Part shown: in pieces, positions 9,966-23,804 of the stretch | Numbering within the stretch: position 1 is the stretch's first letter | How the letters are laid out: each line of letters begins with the position of its first letter | Source of the DNA: Amphiscolops sp. MND2022 | Taxonomy: Eukaryota | Direction: 5' to 3' | NCBI GenBank assembly: GCA_964187785.1 | Contig: OZ076409.1 | Span: forward strand, 19,158,001-19,222,000 | Length of the DNA stretch: 64,000 nt | Translations under genes and position numbers: made by a program | The notes under the pieces: model-generated | Database searches by the model: none | Told to the model about the DNA's origin: nothing | The model's input: the letters and a program-made list of their open reading frames with translations, nothing else

Positions 9966-12900
9966 ATGGCTTGGTGGTACCTGACACCTCTGGAGAGCTC
10001 CTCTTTGCGCAATATCACGAGGTATGACCACCATTTCGTTTCGACAACCCAGGAAGGACTACGCAGCTCCCCAGGTTACATCGAGAGATTAGTGGATGAA
10101 GATCCTATTAAAAAGTGAGTTAACTAGCTTATTACTATTTGAGAACAAATCAGATGATCGAAAAGAAAAACGGAAAAAAACTCATGTAAAATGCATATGA
10201 TGTCAAACCAGTTCAGAGATCAAAACAGCAGATCGAAAAAAACTTTCAAAAAAATTTTTCAAAAAAACTTCAAAATTCATGCGAAGTAATTTCATGGAGT
10301 TACTGTTACCTCGTGAACAAATTGGATACTTTCGAACAATTTATTGAGGCAAAATACCGAGTGCTCAAAATTGCTCTGCTACAACTTTCGGTGGAAGAAT
10401 AAAAATTGAACCCATGTCTAATATTGTTTATTGAAATCAAAATTTTGTAAACTTCAATGGCTTCTATGTATGTTTTTAAGATATAGGGAAATGGAAAAAA
10501 ACCCAGTAATTCAGGAATACCAATTAAAACTGGAAATTTACGTTTTTAGTCCATTCCTGGCTTCTTGGTATCCTCCGAGGATCATCCTTTTTTGTGAGAA
10601 ATTATTATGACAACCTATAAGCAGCCTTGAAGAACCGTAGTTATAGCCTTGAAAAAGGTATAAAACTATTCAAGTATTTCATGTGACTGTTTCACCCCCA
10701 ATTGGGAATATGCTGTCAGTTGTGAACCATCAATCATAAAAAAGACTAGACAGGACTGTCACGTTTTTATTCCCCCATTGGATGCACCGGCATACATCCT
10801 CAATTATTTTACCGGGAAGTTTTTTGAAGTTCAACAAAAATGGTTCAGCAATGTTGTTTCAATTCCGTGATAGGCTGGCAGCTTCCTAGATCTCATGACA
10901 TAGGTCAGCTCATAGAAAACTTTGCAAATGTTGACATCCTAATAAACAAAGACAGCATTCAATGCCACGCTTTAGAAAAGTATAGGCTTTTCGAGTGTTT
11001 TTCTTTTGTGATTACATCCGTTTGTTGGAATCAGTGAGTTCATTCCAATCAAGAGAGTATCAGTTTGAGGTACAGAAAGCTTTCTTTCCAAAAAACTGCT
11101 TAACTTTTCAAGCTTAGGAAAAACCTGGATTAATAGGTATAAAGGATTTTTTAGTTTGATGAGGTTTAGTTTTCAAATAACGCCTCTCAGAAAGAATTTT
11201 TTCTAATCATAATATTCGTGGATAGAGATGGATATAATTAATCTAAGCGTTCAAAGATATCAATCATAAATACATTACAATCTTCGTAGCAGTGACAAGT
11301 CTTTGGTTTTAAATTGTATAAAAAACTTTATACAATTTAAAGTGTTTTCCGCGTCGATCAACTCTTAGATTAGTTTTTCAAAATTGCTATGAAACTCAAC
11401 TAGACGAAGTTGTTGAACAAAAAATGACCAAACTTGGTTTGATCTTCAGGTAATCCGATATTTTTATGACACTAAAGTCCATTAGGTTCGTAAGATTCCA
11501 TACGAAACACCAAATAGTTGCATACATTACATGTATGGAATCACATGAAGTTACTTTGACCATATGGTACCATGCATGGAAATGCATGGAAGTCTCATGA
11601 CTTTCAATCCGGGTAACCCGAGACCTTATTGCAGATGTAACGTTTTTGGACCAGAAGACACCCAAAACATCCTTCAAACCCCCCAATTTGTTCCCGCAGA
11701 CTTGTTGATGGAATTGCTTTCCTCATCCCTGGTCAAACAGAAAGACAACCCGAACACCATTGGGGGTACTGGTAAGCATAAGGGCAAAAGGTTCGATGTG
11801 GCAACAAGTGAAGTTCAGGTCAATACGTCATCTTCGGGTCAATTGGTTGAGCAACCTCAACTGTCCAATTACCCTAAAACAGGTAAGACATTTCTAGACT
11901 TGTTTTAATGAGAAACATAGTGGCATTGTTGTGTTTTCTGTGGGCTGTAGAAACCTAACACGTTTCATTGATGAACTATGTCCGGTGAAAATTTTCATAA
12001 TTCGGAAGAAACATTTCCGGGAGGTTCTTGACAGCTAGCTGTCAATACGAAAGGTTTCAATTCGGTGCGATCATCAATCCGAAATGTGCGACCTTTGGTT
12101 TCTTGCAAGAGCCTTTCAAGTAAAAACAAAGCTTACGTGTTTCTTCATTATAGCTCCACAAAAACAAAACTCTAAGTGCGGTTCTTTTGAAACAATACAT
12201 CTTTGCTCAACTGGGCTTCTTTTGATGTTATCAGTAGAAGTGGAAATCAAGCCCGAACAATATCCGGGCGACACTCTTGGGAGGTATTCAACGATCAGAC
12301 CCACCAACTTAGAGTTCCCAGTCAACGGGAAGGGACTAGCCATAGTTGCAGTACCCCCAGACTTCGAAAATGAGACACTGCAGACTCTTTTAAAAGAGCG
12401 ACTCAGATATGACACCCTGACAGTTGACCGCAATGCCCAAATTACGGGAGAGGTCGCCAAGAAACGGGATCACAAAATGACGAGCAGGAAGAAAAATAGA
12501 GCCACAGCTACATCTTCTGACGGTAATGTGAAGATTTTATGCTGAATTTGAAAAGTTTAGAGTTCGAGCTGTTAATGAGTCATTAACAGCCTTTTTCTCA
12601 CTGACTGTCCGATATCCAAAGCCTATAGGTACTGATAACAATTACAATGATAACAAATGGATCGCGGTTCATTGATGCTTAACTTTCGAGCAATCTCAGG
12701 GTTGACAAAAGACCCGTTGAAACTCATGTAAAGAATATTCAGAGCTGCAACTAAGTCTTAAAACTTTATCTTAAGAGTATATCTTTTACTTCAATACTTT
12801 TTTTGACATTTTGGCGTCATTTTGTCCATGTTTCAGGAGCAATCTTCAATGCTTCCTCCTCAGCCGCAGCTTTTGATGACTCAATCGATGCAGATGACGA

Positions 12901-15784
12901 AGCGTCCTCCAGCAAAACAATTTCTTCCGAAAATGAAGAGTTACAACAGACAATATCCGCAATATCTAAGGGTAAGTAAATGATTTCAAGCTATTTTCCA
13001 ATCACTCAAGTCGCCTTGTCAAATTAAATGGCATTGTCCCCGAATCAAATTAAAGTCGATGGGAAAAGTACGAATGACAGAGAAAAACACGAACCAGCTG
13101 ATAATTCAGCTTTGAAGCAAAATTCCAAGACAATGACTATGTAGAGAAATGATTAGAAGTTTCCAATTCACTGGGATGTTGAAAAATGAAATCCTACAGA
13201 GTTATAATAATGAAAACTACCAAAACAGATAACAAGTTGGTTTCCTGAAGAGCACTGCAGGTTTGATTTTTTTGACAGATTCATTGGTGTTTCACGCAAG
13301 TCTGTACAGGACCCCGTACGAGACATTTGGCTTCACCGCGGACACCACTCTGGGCAAGAAAATGTATGTTAAGGAAGTGGACCCTGGATCTCTGGCATTT
13401 CTCGAGGGACTCTCTCCAGGTTAAGGAACAGTTGACCTCTTCACGACCCAACTTGAAAAATTTTCATGTTGCATTCATGCAGACAAGGATATGTTTTTCT
13501 ACAAACTTGGAAACTTCCAGTAGTCTGCATGGAAAACTTTGGAAGGATTACAGCTTCCATTATTTTATTTGCAAACGAACTAATCAACTCTCAGCTAATT
13601 TTATCGCCATTTCTCATATTGCACTCTGAAAATGAAAGTAATTTGCAGCTTATAAAATTGCTGAATTTGTTAAACACGAACATGCCATCAAAATTGATAA
13701 CGCCTGCACTGCATGCAAAAATGTAGAACTGATACATAATACAACTGAGAGCTTTGAGCTTGAAAGTTTCAATCACAGTTTTATGAAATAAGACAGCCAC
13801 TGAACACCACAATATTATTTTCCGTTCTGAACCATTTTAGCGACGGTTTCTCTTGTTAAAAATGGAGTTTACTTTGAAAGGCAAAAGTTACACAATCAGC
13901 ATGAGGACACTGATAGTGTAAAAACGATAGTCAGAGTTCCAACGAGACAAATGATGGTATAGGGAAGACGAATTCAAACCAGGATAAAGACTTTCCGGGA
14001 ATTTTTGAGTAAACTGTTCAAATTACAAAAATTTAGCATGACCTACTTGAATGTAAATAAACATACATGCAAGGCACTTTTATAGTCTCTTGCAACTGGT
14101 TTTCAGAGGAACACGTAAGTTCTTATATTTGCCAAAAAAGTCTTTTAGTCGGCGCTTTTATTAATAAAAGAGCCCGACTATTACAGTCACTCGTTTTTTT
14201 CTTTTTTTTTAAAGACAGACTCGAAGCGACGAACGTTAACGTTCAACTGAAGGAAACTAAACGAATACCCGGGAAACGCATCTAAGTTATTCCAAAGGGT
14301 CCCCCTTTGTTTTTTTACTTTTAAAACGTAACCTACAAAACCGGACGGGACTAAAGTGTCCCCCCTTTCATTTTTTTTCGGAACTGTGCGACTTTTTTTT
14401 GAATTTTTTTCTAACAAGAGTCCCCTTTGGTTTTTTGCTTTTTAAACGTAGCCTACAAAACCGGATGAGTGTAAAGGGTCCCCCTTTTTTACTTTTTCAA
14501 GGAAACCTACAAAACCGGACGTGCCTAAAGGGTCCCCCCTTTTGATTTTTTCGGCACTGTGCGACTTTTTTTTGAAAATTTTGAAAAGGGTTTCCCTTCG
14601 AGTTTCTTGATATTTGCAACTGAATGTATGTTAATAAATCCCAAAGGGTCCTCCTTTCACATTTTTCGGCACTGTGACATTTTCCGAAAGAAAAAAATTC
14701 TCGAAAATTTCAAGTTTTGAGACTTAGATATAGCGCCGACTTTAGACGTTCTCGTCTTGTTTATTATTCCTGGTTTGAAATTGGTCCAATTTGCGAACAT
14801 ACCGAGTTGGAAAAATTGTACTCAAGGTTTACGAGTTTCATCAACGGGCCAGTTCATTTCTTGAGTGGGAGAAACCAGTTTGTTTCTGCGTGCTTAGTGT
14901 TTGAATCAAGGCGGTTGACTAAACTAAAAAGTTCAAGTTTCATATGAACGATTAATTCTGTCCTTTGTTTAGGCGATCACATCATTGCAGTCAACAATAA
15001 AATAGTCGGCATTGATCAGCAAATCGACTTCAAAGAAACGCAAGATCTTTTTGATTCCAGTTTCTCACTAAGAGTAGTAGCTGCTAAATGTTCAGACATG
15101 TACCAAAAAATCCCATGCAAGCGGCTGTCCATTACCATCAAAAACTGCAAAGATGGTTTGGGAATCAGTATTGGCAAAAACGACGACAACAAAATTGTCA
15201 TCAAAAACGTTGCCACCGGTGGCTTGGCCTTCAAAGACGGGCGACTCAAAAAAGGGGATCAGATTCTAAAAATAGGCCAAATTTTCATCGAAGAACTTTC
15301 GACTGAAGAAGTTGGTAAACTTTTGAAAAATTGTGGAACTTCTGTCCAACTGGAAGTTCTACAACCGATGCCAAATTTTCCAAAGACGTCCAAAATTGTA
15401 CTCCGGAAAAGTGCCAAATATGGACTGGGTCTAGGAGTAGCAATTTACACCTCCAAACTTAACCAGACATGCACTGTAGTGCGCAATATACTTCCCCAGT
15501 CACCTGCCAACAAATGCTCCAAAATCGAACTTGGTGACGAAATTCTCACAATCAATGACAGACATTTGTGTGATATGATGTCATCGGATATTCTGGATTT
15601 GTTGAAAGACCCGGCTATCAAAGATTACACTTTTTGCATGAAGCACCGGAAAGTTAGTCTGGAAGCAAATAAACTGAAATCTGGATCCAAGGAAAGATCC
15701 AGAGCCTCTCAACATCATCCCTGCTGCTCTTCAACCCTGGCAAGAAGTCAGTCCGCTATTGGGTGCAGTTCCATTTTTCGCTGA
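9966..15784 (+). CDS. Triple-PDZ-domain protein, 6 exons (9966-10114, 11551-11882, 12235-12522, 12837-12971, 13279-13419, 14973-15784), 618 aa
   Basis: All introns GT-AG with matching phases (2,1,1,1,1); CDS totals 1857 nt. PDZ1 ETFGFTA..YVKEVDPGSLAFLEGLSPG|DHIIAVN is split by intron 5; PDZ2 DGLGISIG..GGLAFKDGRLKKGDQILKI; PDZ3 YGLGLGV..SPANKCSKIELGDEILTIN. Exon 1 and the exon 2 acceptor (weak, gaag) are less certain. Confidence 0.8.
14143..14762 (+). mobile_element. Complete HINE-like element in intron 5 of the PDZ gene
   Basis: 5' tttt-AGTCGGCGC-TTTTATT/AATAAAA-GAGCCCGACT hairpin; internal subrepeats (caaaaccgga..aagggtcccc); 3' GCGCCGACT-ttagacgttctcgtc-TTGTTT. Confidence 0.75.
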
Positions 15785-16179
15785 ACTTACTTTTTTGAAA
15801 TAGTATTGAGTTTTTCTAAGTACACGATTGATTATTTTTTATGCTGTTATATTTGAATGTTCGTAGATTGCAATGCTGATACTTTGTAGAAAGGTTTTCT
15901 ATATAGAATATTTTCGAAATGTGAGTCTTGTTTTTGCTTTACACTCACATAAAACATCAGACTTGATAGTCAAAAATTTGAATACTGCATCGTCAACAAA
16001 TAAATTGAAGGTTCGCATAACTGATTTTGTTTTATTTTGTATTAAACTTGAAATGTTTCAAACGATTGTACACTTTTGGCACGAGTGCGACATCGATGTT
16101 CTACTGGGAGATTGTTAGAGCAACGAATACTACGGTAGATTGCGAATGATTGTCAAAACGGACAATAGTAAGCTCTTTC

Positions 16180-16600
16180 AAGATAAACACTACCGGGTAG
16201 CCACACAATTTATCCCCGAGCCTATGGAATTTCTAACTAAAAAGAACTTTCGGAAAGGGGCGAAAATTGTGTCGGAAAATTGTTGTCGGAAATTGAGAAA
16301 ATTCGGAACTCTTGTCATCTTTTTTGTCAAATTCGGGGAACTTTATCCCACTTTCTTTCCTAAATTGTGTTTTGAATGACTTTGTTTCAACCGTCAGCCC
16401 AGGGGAAGTTCAATTCTACAAAGAACATCGTGGATTGAACAATAACAAACATTGAGATTTTTGCGTCAAAAAACGTGCTTTTTTGTCGTTTTTTGAATTT
16501 GGGGATCAAGTTTTTGAGACCGATTCTAACATGCAATAGCTGTTATATCTTCGAAACCGCCTACTGGATACCGTTGCTGAGTTTTTTAAACTCTTGATTT
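16180..16600 (+). repeat. Partial, more diverged third copy of the 17705/19358 repeat unit
   Basis: Begins gataaacactaccgg.tagc.acac and shares ttgtcaaattcggggaactttatcccactttc etc.; end approximate. Confidence 0.75.
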
Positions 16601-17704
16601 CAAGAAAATTGCTCGAAACTTGTACGAACAAGCTGCGTAAAAAACTAGTACTAGTATTTTCGCTCAATTTGGGTTAATCAGAAGTAACTTTCTACTTAAA
16701 AAACTTTCTCTTTAAAAAGCCTGCTGCGAACATAATTTTGTTATATGGATTTTTTCCAAGCTTCTCTTTCCAAACTTCTCTAACCGCAAATAAAAAATCA
16801 CTGAAAATGTCGAAAATTGGCGAAAAAACTGACACCCTCGACTTTCTGAGGTCAATTTTGAAGCATTTTAAAACAAAATTCGGCCAATATGTCTTCGAAA
16901 TAGCCTACTGAATAACGAGTTCAAACTTTTTGGAAACGGTTTCAACATTTTTGCTCCGAAACATTTCCAAAAGTAAATAAATTGCATGAAAAATGAAAAT
17001 GTTAAATGTTTTGGTTTTTTTCGACTCAATGGGAGTCATTCTGAAGCGTTTTTGTAGCCAAATGCTGCAACGCCTTCTTCAAAAACGCCTACTGCAGAGC
17101 TATTTCTTTCATTTTTTAATTGATGAAACCTCTCGGAAACTGTAAAAAAGTGCATATAAAACAATAAAAACTTGACTTATTCGGATTTTTTTTACTTTTC
17201 TGGGCCTATTTGCGACATTTTCCAATAACAAACGGTATTTATCTTGTAGCAAATGCCTATTAGAAAACGAAAATTTCACTTGGTTAACAGTTTCAACAAT
17301 CTAATACACGAAGTGTACGGAAAACAGAAAAACTGTTTATCTACCTTTTTGGGACTTTTTTCAATACAAGGAACCATCCATCATTCAGTCAGCCCATAAT
17401 CGTAAAAGCGTCCTGGCAAGGTAAATATCCCCCCTGATTTAAAAAAAACTTTTTTGAAGGATTTGAAAAACTGGATGAGACCACACGGTTCCCCTCGGCT
17501 TTTTCAGGCGCTTTTTACTTTGTTTTTTGTTGATGTTCTCTTTTTGATTTCTTCGAGTCTTTAGTTCAAAAAACGTTTTTAGAGTCTTAAGGGTCTCCCA
17601 TCTGCGCTTTTTTTAACAGTTTAGGAATAAAATCAAAATTGTTGTACACGTTTTTGTTTTATCATGTTTCAAGTTGAAATACCGTTCAAGTCCTGAGTTC
17701 GTTT

Positions 17705-19352
17705 AGGATAAACACTACCGGTAGCTACACGTTTTGTTCCTGAGCCTATGGAATTTCTAACTGAAGGAACAATCGGAAAGGGTCGAAAATTGCGACTATA
17801 ATGACAAAAATTGAGAAAATTTGGAACTTTTGTCATCTTTTTTGTCAAATTCGGGGAACTTTATCCCACTTTCTTTCCCAAATTGTGTTTTGAATGACTT
17901 TGTTTCAACCGTCAGCCCAGGGGAAGTTCAAATCTACAAAGAACATCGTGGAGTGAATAAAAATTGAGATTTATGTGTCAAAAAACGTGCTTTTTTGTCA
18001 TTTTTTTGGATTTGAGGATCAAGTTTTTGTGACCAATTCTAACAAGCAATTGCTGTTATATCTTAAGAAACGCACGCCTACTGGATACAGGAGTTAGTTG
18101 TTGCTCAGTTTTTTTAAACCATTGTTAGCAAGGAAATTGCTCGAAAGGAAGTTTATCCCTGCCGACAGATCCAGTGAGAAAAACGTGTTTTTGATATTGT
18201 GGCCTCAAAGCGTATTAGAACTTATATCTTACAAATTATGTTCCAATAGATTTTAGATGTTCTGCAGGCATACTGACGTTAATCAAAGATTCAAAGCTGT
18301 CCAAATACAAAGTTTTTATTGTAGTGCAACGTTCAACAAAAACCTTGGACGCAAAAAGATGAATGATTTGTCTGTTTTTAAAACAACTCAAAATTTAAAT
18401 ACTCCGCAACTTCAAATGATTTAATACCCGAAGCACAAATATTTGTGATTAAATGAAAAAATTTCAACAAGTTGAGATTTGGACGAAATTTTGTTGCGAA
18501 ATAGGACCACCGTAATTTCATCGTTTTGTTCAATTATTTGGAGTCTGGTTCCGATAGATGGAAACTAATTTCCAAGTGATACTGGCGAGATACTTCTTGA
18601 GATACCGTCAGCTTTTCATAGGATTTTTCTGTGAGTTTGTTAGCAAGGTTGTCTCTGTAATAAGTTGGCGGTAAAGCTAGTTTTTTTGTTCGAAAGTAGC
18701 AAAATTGAATTTGGAGAATCAATATTTTTAGTCGGCGCTTTGAGATAAATAGAGCCCGACGTTTACAATCACTCGTTTTTTTGTTTGAGACAGACTCGAA
18801 GCGACGAAATTTTTGTTCATTTTGTTAAAATAAACGAATACCTAGGAAACGCATCTAAGATATTGTAAAGGGTCCCCCTTTTCAGTTTTTACTTTTTAAA
18901 CATATCATACAAAACCGGATGACACTAAAAGGTCTCAACTTTCAAATGTTTCGGCTTTGATTAACTCGAATGCGACGAAAATTTTGTTCAGTTTGTTTGT
19001 TATAGTGTTGTCACAGTTATACGAAGTAACTCAGAAGGAAGATTGTTCTAACTTCTTTAGAAAAGAAAGCGAAGCAATACTCTAATACTGATTAGACACT
19101 GTGGTAAAGTGATATGACCACGAAAAGGTCTATAGTGTTGCTGGTACTTGTTAGAACAATACATACTATCAATAACAACTGTACAATTTACATCAATCAC
19201 GTTAATCAATCGGCATGTCAGTTTTTAATTGAAGTTTTTATGTTGCTTCTTGTTTTCTATTTGAGCCCGGTCACACTTCCCTTTTCATTTGATGAGCTCT
19301 GCATTGGTTGAACTGAAAAATATGTGGTACTTTGTACTTCTTTTTGGGACCG
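17705..19352 (+). repeat. Tandem duplication, copy 1 (repeat unit + truncated HINE + Gypsy LTR)
   Basis: Colinear with 19358-21257 from aggataaacactaccggtagc to ggaccg, with many substitutions. Confidence 0.9.
18998..19275 (-). mobile_element. Gypsy-type LTR (278 bp), duplicated copy
   Basis: Minus strand TGTGACCGGG...ACTATAACA, directly preceded by polypurine tract AAAAGGGAAG (19276-19285). Confidence 0.75.
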
Positions 19353-19357
19353 GTAAA

Positions 19358-21257
19358 AGGATAAACACTACCGGTAGCTACACGTTTTGTTCCTGAGCCC
19401 ATGGAATTTCTAACAGAAGGAACTTTCGGAAAGCCTCAAAAATTGTGACTATGTTGTCGAAAATTGAGAAAATTCGGAACTTTTGTCACCTTTTTTGTCA
19501 AATTCGGGGAGCTTTATCCCACTTTCTTTTCCAAATTGTGTTTTGAATGACTTTGTTTCAACTGTCAGCCCAGGTTCAATTCTACAAAGAACATCGTGGA
19601 TTGAACAAAAATTGAGATTTATGTGTCAAAAAACGTGCTTTTTTTGTCTTTTTTTGGATTTGGGGATCAAGTTTTTGAGACCAATTCTAACAAGCAATTG
19701 CTGTTATATCTTAAGAACCGCACGCCTACTGGATACAGGAGTTAGTTGTTGCAGAGTTTTTTTAAACCATTGTTAGCAAGAAAATTGCTCGAAAGGAAGT
19801 ATATCCCTGCCGACAGATCCAGTCACAAAAACGTGTTTTTGATATTGTGGCCTCAAAGCGTATCAGAACTTATATCTTACAAATATGTTCCAATAGATTT
19901 TAGATGTTCTGCTGGCAGACTGACGTTATTCAAAGATTCAAAGCTGTCCAAAAACAAAGATTTTTTTGTAGTGCAACATTCAACAAAAACCTTGGACGCA
20001 AAAAGATGAATGATTTGTCTGTTTTTAAAACATCTCAAAATTTAAATACTCCGCAACTTCAAATGATTTAATACCCGAAGCACAAATGTTTGTGATTAAA
20101 TGAAAAAATTTCAACAAGTTGAGATTTGGACGAAATTTTGTTGCAAAATAGGACCACCGTAATTTCATCGTTTTCTTCAATTATTCGGAGTCTGATTCCG
20201 ATAGATGGAAACTAATTTCCAAAAGATACTGGTGAGATACTTCTTGAGATACCGTCAGCTTTTGATAGGGTTTTTCTGTGAGTTTGTTAGCAAGGTTGTC
20301 TCTGTAATAAGTCTGCGGCAAAGTTAGTGTTTTTGTTCAGAAGTAGCAAAATTGAATTTAGAGAATCAACAATTTTAGTCGGCGCTTCGAGAAAAAAAGA
20401 GCCCGACGTTTACAATCACTCGTTTTTTTATTTAAGACAGACTCGAGGCGACGAAATTTTTGTTCAGTTTGTTAAACTAAACGAAAACCTAGTAAACGAA
20501 TCTAAGATATTGTACAGGGTCCCGCTTTTCAGTTTTCACTTTTTAAACGTAACATGCAAAACCGGAAGATACTAAAAGGTCCCGACTTCCAATTTTTTTC
20601 AGCGCTGTCAGACTTTTTTTTGCAAAATTTTTTTGTCTTCAAAGGGCCCTTCGGTTTTTTCTAGTCCGTCATTCGTAGTATCCGGGGTTAAACGCTATAT
20701 CCGAACGTTTGACGTTATATCCGAATTATATTGCGTTTTTGTAAGGAGGAGTCTGAGGTCCGAAAACAGGAGTTTTTCGGGAAAACGTCCCACGCATATT
20801 TCAAATCTGCGCTTTTTGAGCCTAAGATATAGCGCCGACTTCAGATGTTCCCGTCTTGTTGTCATTCAGACAGACTCGACCAAATTTTAGTTCAGTTTGT
20901 TTGTGATAGTGTTGTCACAGTTATACGAAGTATCTCAGAAGGAAGATTGTTCCAACTTCTTTAGAAAAGGAAAGCGAAGCAATACTTTTTTACTGATTAG
21001 ACACTATGGCAAAGTGATGTGACCACAAAGAGGTCTAGAGTGTTGCTGGTACTTGTTAGAACAAAATATTTTATCAATAACAACTGTAGAGTTTACATCA
21101 ATCAAGTTAGTCAATCAGTTTGTCAGTTTTTAATTGAAGGATTTTTGCAGCTTCTTGTTGTTTATTTGAGCCCGGTCGCTCTTCCCTTTTTATTTGATGA
21201 GCTCTGCCTTGGTTGAACTGAAAAATATGCGGTACTTTGGACGTCTTTTTAGGACCG
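19358..21257 (+). repeat. Tandem duplication, copy 2
   Basis: Colinear with 17705-19352; here the HINE is complete and the LTR stays joined to the Gypsy internal region. Confidence 0.9.
20373..20860 (+). mobile_element. Complete HINE-like element
   Basis: 5' ttttAGTCGGCGCttcgagaaaaaaagagcccgac; 3' GCGCCGACTtcagatgttcccgtcTTGTT. Confidence 0.7.
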
Positions 21258-21799
21258 ATACTAGGCTACTGCTAATTGTCATCACTGAAGAAGTAAACCA
21301 CTTCCGGCTTTTCTGTTCCTTTATTGGCGTCGACGTCACATATCATTATGGGGTTTTCATAATACTCTGGCGCATTTCTATTCCTTCTTGGTCGTTCTGT
21401 CGTGAAACTACTACCATGTACACACCCTTCTTCCTCCGTTTCGTGTTTAGTGTTTTCCAAATTACCGTTGCTTTGATAGGTTCTTGTCCTTTCGGTTGTT
21501 CCTCACCTTCTTCTGAGTCCAGTAGAAGTTGTTGCCAGTTAGCTAACTGTCTGAATTCCGTAGGAATTTTCCTCAGTTTAGAGTTTTTTGATTGTTTCGT
21601 TTTCTTTGGTTGCATTTTTGGTGATTTTCGCTGTGACGTTGTTGTTCTTCGCTTCTAGCTTCTCCCGCAGTTTTTGCTCGTGCAATCTCTCTCTTGCTGA
21701 ATTTTCTGTTCTTTTGCTTAATGACTTCTTGTAATGTTACTGTGTGGAGCGTTTCTTTAATTATTCGTGCCTTTTTTCGTTTCACACATTCTAGAGTTT

Positions 21800-22820
21800 T
21801 CACCCTCCAGCTCTTTCACGTAACAGTATCTCCGAACCTCGATCTTCTGGAAAATCACTTGTCTCGAATTCCAGATTAACGTCGATTTTTGAAACATTGT
21901 AGTTTGATTGTGGTTTTACAGTTAATATGTCTTTAACTGTAGTCATATTCCGTCCAACTTGTAATTCAGCGGTAGCTATTTTATCGATCTTTGGAGTCCT
22001 TCTAAGTGTATAATATAATTCTGATAAGTCAGTGTTACACTTCTGTAATACTATTCTTTTGTTGGTTTTTAACCTTTCGGTTATTGTTATCAATCTTTCG
22101 AATCTTCCGTTGCATCTATGGTCCGTTATAGGGCACATTATGTTTAATTAGATTTTTTGTACGAATGTTTTTGAATTTATAGCTAGTAAACGCTGTACCT
22201 GAGCAGTTCTGATTTGACGAAAGATAGCGTTATTTGCTATGTAGTGCGTTAAAAAGTCAATCACTTTGTTAGTTGTTGGGGCCCTATTTGCAATTTCGAA
22301 AGGGCCCGCAACGTCTATGGCAATTTCATCGTTTGTTTCATCCGAAGTCGGTAGTCTACCGAATTGTTTTTTTTCGTAATCATAGTTTTTTTGACTTACC
22401 GGCATTTTGGGACTGGTTTCACGTTTTGGTAAGCAGTGTAATGTCACGGTGTATTCAAGGCCACCAAATGTCTTCGATTTGTCTAAGCATCTGGTCACAG
22501 CCGGGATGTCCCCAATGTAAGGGAATTTTAATTGGGCCTTGGAGTCTATTTGGTATTACTAAGCGATCATCAATGTACAATAAATTAGTTGCGTCAACGG
22601 ATAGTGCGGTAAATCTTTCTCTCCACGGACTATCTGAGGAACGTATTTTTATCTTTGTAGGGTTTTTGAATATCGAAAAACTTTTCTGTAATGTCTCGGC
22701 GTCTTCATAGTTAGCAACGATCATTTTCTTGGCTACCTTGTTGGCTAAATCTAAGTTTGGTTCAATTTTTTTCGAATGCTTTGTACCTGTTAAACCATTG
22801 GTTGAATTGCATTGTCCCAT
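21800..22820 (-). pseudogene. Gypsy integrase remnant
   Basis: HWGHPGCDQML (zinc-finger HH part), IAIDVAGPF (first catalytic D), NGRFERLI (catalytic E region), spread over three frames. Confidence 0.85.
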
Positions 22821-23804
22821 TAATGCAATGTCCTTGAACTCCGTTCGTTCACATGAAGTTTCTAGCTGTGTGCTTTTACTTCTTTCATCGTTGCGATGTA
22901 ATTTTATCCCTTGTCGGCCTCTGATTGGTCCATTGAAATCACAAAAACGTTTTTTACATTATCTACATGATTCACTGTGAACAAAGTATTACACTGTTCA
23001 TTTGCCTTTATGCTCTCTCCTTCTATTTGCCAGGGGTGTCGAGACAGATAGTCACCAAATACAATTGTCCTTCCAGGTGCTGAAAACTTTTCAAATTCAA
23101 ACGGTACTAGTCGGTCTACCTAATAAGTTAGTCGACTTGAGTAGGATTTGTTGTTTTTATTTCCTTATGTTACTGTTGATAAAGCTTTGTGATGTGATAC
23201 TGTTAGAAAAATTTCCATACAAGAAGTTTTTGAAATGTTCTACCGCCCAAACGACGGCCAAACTCTAAAGTTCTTTAATTGGGTGTTTATCATCTAATGG
23301 TGTTAAGAACGAATTAGCCTCCACCCGATTTCATGATGTTGTTCTACTTCCACTCCAAGTCCAGCTTTGCTTGCATCGCAAATTATTCGGATTGGGCTGC
23401 TTTTGTTGAAGTGGCCTACTTCTCTTACTATTTTGTACTTGTTTACTTATTTCGTTAAATGCTTTATCATGGGCTTCGCCCCACTTCCATTGTTGATCTT
23501 TTTTCAATAGTAGTCTTAGTGCGTAATATAACCTGGCTGGACCGAAAAAAAACCGTTTAGTTGATTAACTGCAATTAGATACGATCTTCAATCCTTTAGA
23601 TTCTTTGGTTTTATTTTGTCACTTAAGGCTTGTCTTTAAGTATTTTCATGGGTTAAATTCCAGTTTGCGTTTGTTTATAGCCGAACCACTCAATATCGTT
23701 TTGTGCAGACTTACTTTCTTCCCTCTTCAGTCTTACGTTGGCGTTGTTTAATTTGTTTAGCACTTGTCGTGCTGCATTGTAATGAGTTTCCTAAGTACCC
23801 GCGG

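Noticed and set aside
11518-11550. Upstream acceptor giving an in-frame TGA (11546) as selenocysteine or readthrough in the PDZ gene
   Set aside because: A phase-compatible AG at 11549-11550 avoids the stop, and I saw no SECIS evidence.
12568-12590. 10-bp hairpin followed by a T-run, resembling an intrinsic terminator
   Set aside because: Lies in a spliceosomal intron of a eukaryotic gene; a single short stem is not significant.
18998-21180. The two Gypsy LTRs as the 5' and 3' LTRs of a small non-autonomous (TRIM-like) element
   Set aside because: Both have a PPT on the same side and identical outer flanks, so they are products of tandem duplication.
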